From positions 1 to 49,951 of the forward strand of contig SKGA01000028.1 of assembly GCA_007117735.1 (NCBI GenBank): a stretch of 49,951 nucleotides of DNA, read 5' to 3'. Positions 18,559 to 27,900 of this stretch are shown piece by piece (within the stretch, counting starts at the first letter, position 1; each line of letters starts with the position of its first letter). The translations under genes were made by a program, and so were the position numbers. A model generated the notes under the pieces. It did no database searches, was not told the origin of the DNA, and saw nothing but the letters and a program-made list of their open reading frames with translations. The stretch is from Candidatus Woesearchaeota archaeon. GTDB lineage: Archaea > Nanobdellota > Nanobdellia > Woesearchaeales > SKGA01.

Positions 18559-18947
18559 TGTAAAAACCTCTTCGTGTGTAGAGTAAAAGCGAATGAAAGG
18601 ATAGTTTTAAGCTTTTCTGAAGAAAGCTCAGAAAAATCGTAAGAATCATCAGAAAATAGAAATTTTTCTTTTCGAGAAAAAGCAACTGAACTTTCCTCAT
18701 ATACTTCCTGTAAACGAATAATTTGTTCAATTTGAGCAATATCCTCAGGTAAGAACTCATCTTTGATCTGAATAAACTGTTCACGAAGAGATAATGAAGA
18801 TTCAAAAACGTGTAAAGAAGAAAAAAGATTAGAAAAATAATCAGTAATTTGATGAAAAATAACGAGCAACATTTTTGTATCATTCAGCACAGGATATATC
18901 TCTTCTAAAAGGTATTTTGCATGATATAAGGGTTTAGAGGATATCAT
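18555..18947 (-). CDS. Hypothetical protein
   Basis: 130-aa ORF with TAATG overlap with nac and TTGA overlap with the next gene. Confidence 0.75.
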   Translation of the reverse strand: MISSKPLYHAKYLLEEIYPVLNDTKMLLVIFHQITDYFSNLFSSLHVFESSLSLREQFIQIKDEFLPEDIAQIEQIIRLQEVYEESSVAFSRKEKFLFSDDSYDFSELSSEKLKTILSFAFTLHTKRFLH

Positions 18948-19291
18948 TAGTCGTCTTCTTGCAAGGCCAATATTGCTTCTGCCAAATCACCTTTAGCATC
19001 TTCAATAGCTTGATAAGCAACTTCTTTTGAAACGCCTGTTTGATCTATAACAGTTTGTACATCATCATCAGAAATATCTACTTGCATAGAAAGAAGTTCT
19101 TCTCGAGGTTCGCCAACGATTTGATAAGTATTTTGGCCCATCATATTCACTTGGGCTACCTCAGGTTGATCAAAGATTAAATCTCTGTCAGGAAGTCGAA
19201 TAATAACTTGCGTTGCTTCAAGGGATTCTTGTCGAATACCCATTTTCTTCATAGCTTGCTGCATTTGTCGAGGATTCATTCCAGGAAACAT
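18947..19291 (-). CDS. nac: Archaeal nascent polypeptide-associated complex protein
   Basis: MFPGMNPRQMQQAMKKMGI, MMGQ.TYQI.G and UBA tail GDLAEAIL.L; GGTGA SD. Confidence 0.96.
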   Translation of the reverse strand: MFPGMNPRQMQQAMKKMGIRQESLEATQVIIRLPDRDLIFDQPEVAQVNMMGQNTYQIVGEPREELLSMQVDISDDDVQTVIDQTGVSKEVAYQAIEDAKGDLAEAILALQEDD

Positions 19292-19300
19292 ACCATCACC

Positions 19301-19453
19301 TTATAATACATTTAGAGCAATTGTAATAATTGCGATAATCAACGTAATAACAACCACTAATTGTGGAGAGAGAAGTACGATTGATGTCGATGCATCTGAA
19401 AAAGAAGTCAATCCTGCACTACTTTGAGGCATTCTTATTTTATTATCGGCCAT
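19301..19453 (-). CDS. secG: Preprotein translocase subunit Sec61beta/SecG (50 aa, missed by the ORF track)
   Basis: Translated by hand: MADNKIRMPQSSAGLTSFSDASTSIVLLSPQLVVVITLIIAIITIALNVL*. Shows the SSAGL..F and P..V motifs plus a C-terminal TM helix; TTTATAAA lies ~22 nt upstream. Confidence 0.9.
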   Translation of the reverse strand: MADNKIRMPQSSAGLTSFSDASTSIVLLSPQLVVVITLIIAIITIALNVL

Positions 19454-19551
19454 ACCTTAAACAAATCTAAAGAGATTTATAAATTTTTGCTTAAGATTTT
19501 TTCGAAAAGAGAATAAGAACGTTAATAAATAGAAAGAAAATATTAATGAAA

Positions 19552-19861
19552 GTAAGGTGATCATTTCGGTTTCGGCTTATGCTGAGGAAAGTCCACCCAT
19601 CAACAAAAGTAGCTTCGCGAGTGAAGAATCTGAATAAGATTGGCAACCGTACAGAAATAATACCGCTTAAGATTAATGGAATGATACTGGAAATTTCTTT
19701 GGTGACAAGGAAAAGAACCGTTGACGTCGTCTTAAGAATGGGTGAAATGCGCGTCCCTACCGATGCAAGTCTTTATGGCGCTTAGTAGAATCCGGAAACA
19801 AGATATCGTAAATCGTTAAGATTTATTTGGTCTTGACAAAAGGTGGCTTATGTCACCTTAC
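19552..19861 (+). ncRNA. rnpB: RNase P RNA, archaeal type
   Basis: GAGGAAAGTCCACC (19584-19597) pairs with AAAAGGTGGCTTA (P4). Also present: ACAGAAA, TGAAA, GATGCAAG and CGCTTAGTAGAAT. Terminal P1 helix GTAAGGTGA/TCACCTTAC, followed by a T-run. Confidence 0.93.
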
Positions 19862-19863
19862 AC

Positions 19864-19869
19864 TTTTTT
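19864..19869 (+). terminator. Oligo-T terminator after rnpB
   Basis: TTTTTT immediately after the P1 3' strand. Confidence 0.45.
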
Positions 19870-19922
19870 AACCAGTATATTTATAAATGAGAACTTCTCA
19901 AATAGTAAAAAGAGGAAGAGGT

Positions 19923-20888
19923 ATGGATGATCCTATTTTTAAAGTAAGAAATGTTGAAAAACGCTTTGGCGACCATCAGGTTCTTCAAAATATAACTCTG
20001 GATATTCACAAAGGAGATATTCTTGGAATTATTGGAGGTAGTGGTTCTGGAAAAACAACTTTTCTGCACACTTTGATCGGATTCCTTAAACCTGACTCTG
20101 GAGATATTGAATTCAGACTTAATAAACTTCTTTCATATAAAAGTGCTTACACGTATCGTTCTGTATATGAAAAACAAAATCTTGTAAAAAAGATTTATGG
20201 ATTTGCTTCTCAAATACCTTCGTTTTACGAAGAACTTACTCCTGAAGAAAATCTTCAATATTTTGGAAAATTACATAATTTAGATAAAGACAGTATTGAA
20301 GGAAATAAAAAAACATTATTACACTTAATGGAATTAGATAAAGCTGCAAAATTACCATCAAAACACTTATCTGGAGGAATGGAACGAAGATTAGATATTG
20401 CTTGTGCACTCATGCATGATCCTGATGTATTAATTCTTGATGAACCAACCGCAGACCTAGATCCTTTACTTCGAAGTCATATTTGGGATTTAATAAGAAA
20501 AATAAACAAAAAAGGAACAACAATCATTCTTTCAAGCCACCACTTAGCAGAATTAGAAACCCTTTGTAATAGAATTGCAATAATTAAGGAAGGAAAAGTT
20601 CTTGCTCAAGGAAAACCTGCAGAGCTAAAGAAAAAATTCTTAGTAAATCAAGAAATAACTATTCAAACGAATCCAGGTAATTATCAAGAACTAAAAAAAA
20701 CATTAGAAAAAGAACAAATCAATCATACAAAAATAGAAAAAGATAGAATGAGAATATTCACCCCGAACCCAGAAAAAGACCTATTCAAAATAATATCTGT
20801 TTTGAAATCTTCAAAAGAAAAACTAACAAATATTAAACTAAGTGGAGCATCATTAGATGATGTGTTTATAGAGATTTGGAAAAAATGA
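19923..20888 (+). CDS. ABC-2 type exporter ATP-binding subunit
   Basis: GGSGSGKTT, LSGGMERR, LILDEPT and SSHH motifs. Start placed at ATG 19923 after the GAGGT SD (the track gives 19887). Confidence 0.95.
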   Translation: MDDPIFKVRNVEKRFGDHQVLQNITLDIHKGDILGIIGGSGSGKTTFLHTLIGFLKPDSGDIEFRLNKLLSYKSAYTYRSVYEKQNLVKKIYGFASQIPSFYEELTPEENLQYFGKLHNLDKDSIEGNKKTLLHLMELDKAAKLPSKHLSGGMERRLDIACALMHDPDVLILDEPTADLDPLLRSHIWDLIRKINKKGTTIILSSHHLAELETLCNRIAIIKEGKVLAQGKPAELKKKFLVNQEITIQTNPGNYQELKKTLEKEQINHTKIEKDRMRIFTPNPEKDLFKIISVLKSSKEKLTNIKLSGASLDDVFIEIWKK

Positions 20889-22852
20889 GAAAATTTTTAT
20901 TAGCAATCAATAAAAACTTGAAAATCTTGTTTCGATTAAAAACAAGCCTTATTGCAATGATACTAGGCCCTCTTCTTGTTATTTTCCTTATCGGTTTTGC
21001 ATTTAATTCAACAGCACAGTTTCAAATAAATATTGGGTATAGCGCTGCAGATAATTCAGAATTAACTCAAGAATTTATTGAAAATTTAAATAAAGAATAT
21101 ACTACAAAATCATTCTCTTCAATAGAGGAATGTACTTTTGAACTTCAACAAGGAATTCAACATGTATGTATTGATTTTCCAGAAAATTTTGTCATACAAG
21201 AACAGAACACCATTGATTTTTTTGTAGATAATTCCCGAGTAAATATTGTTTATACAGTTCTTGCAAGTGTTTCAGAAAATATTGGTCTTCAAAGCGATCA
21301 AGTAAGCCAAAATCTTGCTCAAGCGTTGATTGACACATTAGATACTGCGGGAGAAGATATTGACGAAGTAATAGGAAATGTAGTATTATTAAAACAACAA
21401 ATCAGACAGACAGATTCTCAAACAGAAGAAATAGGTTCCTCTCTTGGTGAAATAAATTTAGGATCAATTACAATACCGACTGATTTTGAAAGTGATTTAC
21501 AAGAAATAATAACAAGATCAAATACTACGAAAAATAGCTTACAAGAAATAATAGATGAAGGGCTAAATTTAACTGAAGAAATAAAGGATCTATCATCTAA
21601 TCCAGGGGTTCTGATTGCTGCAGATAATCTGGAATTTGAATTAAATGCCATGAGCTCCGAAGTAAATTCAGGTGATTCGATAATTCGACAAGAAGTGAAT
21701 AATTTACGTTCAAGCTTACAACAAGTTGATACTGCAATAAGCCAACTAGAAAATTCATTACAAGAAACACAAACAAGAGTGAGTTCAAATGTAGACTCTT
21801 TACAAAATATTAGAGGAAACTTAGAAACAACAATTAATTCTTTAGATAATATACAAAACGATCTAGAAGAGATCTATACAAATATCAACTCTGTTGAAAT
21901 CAGATCAAGTGAACAAATAGTAAACCCTATTTCTACAAGAATAAATACTGTCTCTGCAGAGAATAACCAACTCTTTGTCCTCTTCCCATACGTGCTTCTC
22001 CTGATTATTATGTTCGGTGGATTAATGCTTTCTTCAACCCTTGTTGTTGTTGAAAAAAGAAGCAAAGCAAGTTTTAGAGTTTTTACTACACCAACCACTG
22101 ACCAGTTTTATATTTGGACCACATTCATGACAAGTTTTATCATCATACTAGTTCAACTTATCATTATTTATCTTTTAATGAATGCATTTTTTATTGATTT
22201 AATTGGAGCGAATATCGAAGTAACCATACCTTTACTTATTGTTGCTTCAAGTCTATTTATTATGCTTGGAATGGCACTAGGTTATCTTATGCCTAGTCAA
22301 CAAGGAGCAAACATGGCAAGCATTTCATTAGGAGCGATATTCTTATTTTTATCAAATATCATGCTTCCGCTAGAAACAGTTTCTTCTTACTTACAAACAA
22401 TAGCATATTATAATCCGTTCGTTATGTCTGCAGAAGTGCTTCGGCAAGGAATTATTTTTCAGACAGGATTCCAAGAAGTATGGGAAACAATAGCTTATTT
22501 ACTAGGGTACATTGTGATAATCTTTATCCTTATTGTAGTCTTCCAAAGATTGTCTAAAACAAAGTTTATGCATCGATTAACAAAAAAACAAAAGAAAGGT
22601 AAAAAAACAAAAGAATTGATAATCGGAGAAACAACTATTAAAACTGAAAAAGACTTCGTAAAAGCAGTTGCAAGTTTAACCGAAGAAGAGTTTAAGAAAA
22701 AAGTAATTAAGAATGCAAAAATAAGAACTTTTGTTCGTAAAGAAATTAGTGATGCAATTGGAAGAAGATTAAAGAAGCTTTCTAAAAAAGAATTATTACA
22801 AGCAATTACTGAAAAAAATAAAGAGTTAATTGAAACATCAACTAAAAAATAA
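20885..22852 (+). CDS. ABC-2 type permease with long extracellular coiled coil (YhgE/Pip-like layout)
   Basis: One N-terminal TM helix, a ~300-aa heptad-rich loop, five to six C-terminal TM helices with EK......R...TP and FLS....P.E; ATGA overlap with the ATPase stop. Confidence 0.88.
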   Translation: MRKFLLAINKNLKILFRLKTSLIAMILGPLLVIFLIGFAFNSTAQFQINIGYSAADNSELTQEFIENLNKEYTTKSFSSIEECTFELQQGIQHVCIDFPENFVIQEQNTIDFFVDNSRVNIVYTVLASVSENIGLQSDQVSQNLAQALIDTLDTAGEDIDEVIGNVVLLKQQIRQTDSQTEEIGSSLGEINLGSITIPTDFESDLQEIITRSNTTKNSLQEIIDEGLNLTEEIKDLSSNPGVLIAADNLEFELNAMSSEVNSGDSIIRQEVNNLRSSLQQVDTAISQLENSLQETQTRVSSNVDSLQNIRGNLETTINSLDNIQNDLEEIYTNINSVEIRSSEQIVNPISTRINTVSAENNQLFVLFPYVLLLIIMFGGLMLSSTLVVVEKRSKASFRVFTTPTTDQFYIWTTFMTSFIIILVQLIIIYLLMNAFFIDLIGANIEVTIPLLIVASSLFIMLGMALGYLMPSQQGANMASISLGAIFLFLSNIMLPLETVSSYLQTIAYYNPFVMSAEVLRQGIIFQTGFQEVWETIAYLLGYIVIIFILIVVFQRLSKTKFMHRLTKKQKKGKKTKELIIGETTIKTEKDFVKAVASLTEEEFKKKVIKNAKIRTFVRKEISDAIGRRLKKLSKKELLQAITEKNKELIETSTKK

Positions 22853-23276
22853 TTGGTATAAGAATTATACTTGCAAATAATAACAAAACAAGTAAGAAGA
22901 TAAAGAAAAGCTCTTCCCAAAAAGATCCTGTTCTCAAAAAACCTCTTATTCTACCTATAAAAGGAATACATATACCTTGATAAGTCATACCATCTAGTAG
23001 AAGATGAGTAAACATTCCTAAAATAAAAACGAGTGCATAAAGAGAAGAAGAAAATAATAATCCTATCACTAATAAAAACCAAAACGAATGAAAGATTCCT
23101 CGATGAGAGAAAAATGCTGAAAAGAAAGGAACATATCTTCCAAGAAAACTTTTAGGATGGTCCATGTCTGGAAAAACAGATCCAAAAACTGCAAGAAAAA
23201 TGCCAAAAAAATGAGTGAGGGGAAAGAAAAGAACGCCAACAAGAGCTCCTGCCAGCATATGTGTTTTTGCTTTCAC
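22842..23276 (-). CDS. YdjM-like membrane-bound metal-dependent hydrolase
   Basis: TH, GS.FPDMDHP.S, HRGIFHS and HLLLD.MT..G motifs. Confidence 0.9.
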   Translation of the reverse strand: MKAKTHMLAGALVGVLFFPLTHFFGIFLAVFGSVFPDMDHPKSFLGRYVPFFSAFFSHRGIFHSFWFLLVIGLLFSSSLYALVFILGMFTHLLLDGMTYQGICIPFIGRIRGFLRTGSFWEELFFIFLLVLLLFASIILIPIIF

Positions 23277-23277
23277 C

Positions 23278-24375
23278 TTATAATTCTTCTTCTAGATCAT
23301 CTAAGGATAAGAGATCTTCATCATCCTCATCAAAAACTTCTTCAGATACTAAAGAATCTTGAACTGGTTCTTCTTTTTTTACTGGCTTTTTCTCTTCAGA
23401 CGTAGGCAATTCTTGTGAAGAAGAAAGATCTGGATGAGGTTGTACATCTATTTCATACAAAACAATTTCCTTTGTATCGTATTGTTCATTAATTTTAATT
23501 TTACCACGTGCTTTAATAATCTGACCAAGGACATCTGTTTTCAAATCTTCTAAAGCTGCAGTATTTTCTCGTAGAGAAATAATATCTTCATTTGACTTAG
23601 AAAATAATTTTTGAATTTGTTCTTTCCAAAGAGTACCTCGAATAGTGTCAGTCCCATCATCTAAAAACGCATTAAGAACATAATTATAAGTTGGTTCTTG
23701 AGGTCCGTGTTCTGCACAAACAAATGAACCATTTTCTTCTCGAAGTCGTTTATTACAAACAGGGCAGCTTTCAAAGAATCGAGGATCATACACTTGAACA
23801 ATGGTTGCAGTGATTGAAACTACAGAATCTTCTGCAGTAATATCGACTAATTTTTTTTCTTGAGCAGTCATTGATCCCGACCGTTCTTTCACTTCAATAG
23901 TTTTCCCTTCAGGATTAATTACACAATTACTTGCGTTACCCATATGAACTTCAATTCGACCATTGTTTTCCTTTGTATAAGCATTTTGAACCTGAATAAC
24001 ATCACCTTCTTTCAAATTCTCAAAAAAAGTCGTTTTCTCATTCCAAAAAGTTACTCGAGTAAAACCTGAAGCGTCACCTACAAAAATATTCCCTACTTTC
24101 CCACCTTCGCCAAAGGTTCTCATCTCATATTTTTGAAGAACTTTTGCAAAAAAAGTAACATTTCGTAATTGCGGCGTTAATTCTGAAATAGTGAGTTCTG
24201 AAGAAACATCTTCATGAAGAGAAACACCTAATTCATTTGCAATAATGTGAAGAGCTCCTTCTTCAGAAATAAGATTTCCTAAAGAATTCATTTTCTCTTT
24301 GATTTTATTTTGAATGTCTTCAACAGAAAGATTTTTTTGTTTTGCTATAGTTTGAATTTGTTCTTGTAACGTCAT
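23278..24375 (-). CDS. rpa: Replication protein A (OB folds + Zn finger)
   Basis: SEEGALHIIA.ELG N-terminal helix, two OB folds (GDASG..RVTFW, LDDGT..IR), CPVC...CAEHG finger and acidic tail. Confidence 0.92.
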   Translation of the reverse strand: MTLQEQIQTIAKQKNLSVEDIQNKIKEKMNSLGNLISEEGALHIIANELGVSLHEDVSSELTISELTPQLRNVTFFAKVLQKYEMRTFGEGGKVGNIFVGDASGFTRVTFWNEKTTFFENLKEGDVIQVQNAYTKENNGRIEVHMGNASNCVINPEGKTIEVKERSGSMTAQEKKLVDITAEDSVVSITATIVQVYDPRFFESCPVCNKRLREENGSFVCAEHGPQEPTYNYVLNAFLDDGTDTIRGTLWKEQIQKLFSKSNEDIISLRENTAALEDLKTDVLGQIIKARGKIKINEQYDTKEIVLYEIDVQPHPDLSSSQELPTSEEKKPVKKEEPVQDSLVSEEVFDEDDEDLLSLDDLEEEL

Positions 24376-24424
24376 TGTATATACCTGTCTATTAAGAATA
24401 AGAACTCATTTTTAAGCATTTTGT

Positions 24425-24997
24425 CTATTCGTCTAGTGACTTGAAGACTTTTTGAATAAACTGCTCAGAATACTTCTGCTCTCGAAGAGTATACGCTATT
24501 TGTATATCACTATATCCTTGTTGTCGATAGTACATAATATACTGTTTTAATTGAGAAAAATTTCTTTTTCGGGTATGGAGTAAAACAAGAATAATAATCA
24601 CTAAAAAAGTCAAACCGCTAAAAAGATAGATAAATTGAAAAGACGAAGTAGAAGCAGTAGTTTGCTCAAGAGGAGGCTGTACTGGTCGAGGTCTTTGAGG
24701 ATCGGGATCGACAGGAGAAGATTGTTCAGAAGCATTAACAACAGAATCTCCATCTCTAAAAACTTCGTCTTCAAATAATTCAGGATTTAAAAAAACAAGG
24801 TCCTCATAAAATAAAACTTCTATATCTGCAAAAGAAACCTCGTGCTGACAAAAAAAAGGATAATCTTCACCAAATCGAGCAAGCGCTAAATCAACATCAA
24901 AACATTCTTCAGGTAGTTGAAAAGAAGAAACTGGAGAAACAACTACAAGTAATAATGCAAGAAAGAGTAACAGTTTACCTACAGACACGAGCACCAC
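24425..24997 (-). CDS. Exported single-pass membrane protein
   Basis: Signal peptide, Pro-rich linker, TM helix and cytoplasmic QLKQYI...QGYSDIQI...L helical tail. Confidence 0.75.
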   Translation of the reverse strand: MVLVSVGKLLLFLALLLVVVSPVSSFQLPEECFDVDLALARFGEDYPFFCQHEVSFADIEVLFYEDLVFLNPELFEDEVFRDGDSVVNASEQSSPVDPDPQRPRPVQPPLEQTTASTSSFQFIYLFSGLTFLVIIILVLLHTRKRNFSQLKQYIMYYRQQGYSDIQIAYTLREQKYSEQFIQKVFKSLDE

Positions 24998-27900
24998 CTT
25001 CTCTTCTTTGTTCTGCTAGTTGCCAACGTCGAGTTCCATATTCAAAATGCCAAGAAGTATAGCTTGGTGAAGTAAAGCGAACAAAACCATAATCACAAAA
25101 AGCGTTTTCCCACGTGTTTGTATTGGTGGTTCTTCCTGTATTTGCATCTCGAAGAGTTACATCAATAGCGCCTGAAACCATATGAGGACAATGACGAGGA
25201 TTACTTCTTGTTCCAGGATTACAAGCAAGATTTCCTCCTCCTCGCAGATGATTTTGATATAACCTATTTTGAATCTCCCATGTTCGATACGCTTGCAAGA
25301 TTACTAATTCAATATCATTTGGAACGAAATATTCTCTACTCATTCTGATTAATTGTCGAGCCATCAATTCGTTAACAGCACAAATTCTTCCAACAGAAGA
25401 TGTTTCTTCATTACAAATAATATTAGGTATATTTCGTATATCATATAAAGGAGCGTTATCTAAATCTCCTCTGAGATGAGTTCCACCAGGTAAAATATAA
25501 GGGACAAGAGTAAAACTCGGCGTGAGATCAGGGAAAGGAACTCTTGTCGAAGGTAATTCAAATATCTCTTGATCAAGAAAATCAACCGGCTGATCTAATC
25601 GATCTAAGACTAATTCTTGTAATCGAGACTCAGGACGATTAGCTATTTGAAAGGTTAAGGATTCATCATCAAAATTGATTCTTCCTTTAAAGATCTGATC
25701 TGACGGCATACAAAGGTTTGAGTTGGAAAAATAATTCTGGAAAAAAGAAAAATCTTCATCAAAAAAAGAAGGCTCTAAAACTTCTTGGAATAAAAATGAA
25801 GAAATATCTTTTGATTCAACATTAAGATAATGATCAAAAACGTGTACTGAAAGATTATATGATCGTCCAGGAATAAAGAAACCACCATCAGGAGTGCTTG
25901 AAAGAAGAACTGAGTATGTATCTTCAGTTGATCCTCGAGAAACATATAATTGTTCTATAGTTGGTTCTAGTTGATTAATTAAAGATAATTCAGTTACTGA
26001 TTGTTCATAAAAGAAAAATGAATCAGTATTTCCTTCAAAAGATATTCCAAACATATAAGGATTATCCGTTTGAGAATCTACTGTCCACGTAACATAGAGT
26101 AGTTCTTGTGCTAAACAGCTTGTTTGTTCTAGAGATAAACTCTTTATTTCCGGAGCTTGACGATCGTCTAAATAAAGTGAAAAGAGAAAAGGTTCTTCGC
26201 TAAAAGAAAAATCTGCGTGTAAAGGAAAATAGTTTTTATTTGATCTGCACAGTAAAGAAGGATCAGTAATGCGCTCGTCAGGAAGGAGCCATTGTAAGTC
26301 ATCTCCATCCTTTAAAATTTGAAGAGAAGGAGAATCAAAAATAAACATATTACGTTCTGAAGGGTTTGGGAAAAAGTGAACTTTTTCATCCGCAATAGTG
26401 AAGAGTAAAGATGAAGAAGGATTCTGAAAGGGGGCATTACGAGTAAAATCAATAGCTGTCGAATGAAGAAGCTGAGAGGTTTGTAATGATCTTGATTCTG
26501 GTAAGTTGGTCAATCCTTCAATAATATCTCCTCGAGAAGTGAGTTGAAAACCATATACTGAAGAATCAATTTCAGGAACTAAAGAATGATTAATATGAAT
26601 ATCGCAAACACAAAGATCTTGATTATTTGTTAAACAATCAAGGTATTGCTCGGCAACAGATAAAGCAAGAGAAGATGTTGTCGGCAGACTAAAAGTATCT
26701 GGTAAATTTTCTGTTAAGCAAGATGCTGTATTATCATCGCACTCTCGATACAGTAAAGAGATCTTTTCTGAAAAAGAAGCAAATTCAGAAAAATTCATTG
26801 GATGATGAGTGACCATCCGCGGTAAAAATTCAATAGCGCTTGATAATAACGAACCTTGAATCGGAGATGAAGAATCTATACTTATCCCTATTTCGTCATA
26901 GTAGGATCGTGCTTGGCAATAAAATGTTTCAATATCACGAGCATAAGGGCAAGTTCGATCTTTAAGGAAAAACTCGCCGCTAGAACCTAAATCTCTATCA
27001 AAATTTCCTTGATAAATACAGAGAATACATTTCCACATTTCTTCAGGATTATTAGCATACTCATTACACCTGAAGTATTGTCCTTGCGAGATAGAGCTAT
27101 CTCCCGTTGTTGCTTCGGTAAACGCGTTAAAAAAAGTAGTTGCTGAACAACGAAGTTGTGCTTTATCAGAAATAACTGCAGGATGATCACAAGATAAATC
27201 ACTTGAGCATGTAGGGAACCATCCACAGCCTGTAAGAAAAGATTTATCTAACTCGTTTGCCCTTTGATTTGAAGAAGCTGCACCCATAGATGATTCTTTC
27301 ATCGCAATAGCCGTAAGTAAAGCAGGATCTATTCCTCGCTCCACACTTGATTGTATAAATGATTCTTCTAAAGACTGTTGAGAGCCAAATGCAGAGTTCT
27401 GTATTCTTGTTCGATAAGTATTTGACAATCGTTGATCCGGACTACAAGCAAAAGAAGGAGCAATCATATTTGTTGATAGCTGTGGAACTGCATTTTTAAA
27501 AAAAGAATCTAAAGAGTCATAACCTTGATCTTGATAAGATAAGCGAATTGCAGTAATATCATACTCTTTAAACCAAACAGTTTGTAATCTTTCTTGCACG
27601 AGGCCTCGCTCAGGAAGACTCGCACTGAACTGATAATCACCATGATATAATAATAATTGAGGAGAAGAAAATAAAGAGCTATTGAAAATAAGAATATCTC
27701 CTGGTTCAAACATGCTTACTTGATCAAAATTGCAAGTTCGACAAACAGCAGGCTTATCTAGTAATCGAGAAATATAAACAGTGGTTGTGTTTCGTTCTTG
27801 GAAAAAAGAAACGTTTGCATGAGTTCCAACCCACCATAACCAACCAGCGGAGTCAAATCCTGCTTCGGTTAAACGAGTAGTTCCTGGTTTAACAGGATAA

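Noticed and set aside
19579..19785. 68-aa ORF in the track
   Set aside because: It lies wholly inside the RNase P RNA and has no protein motif.
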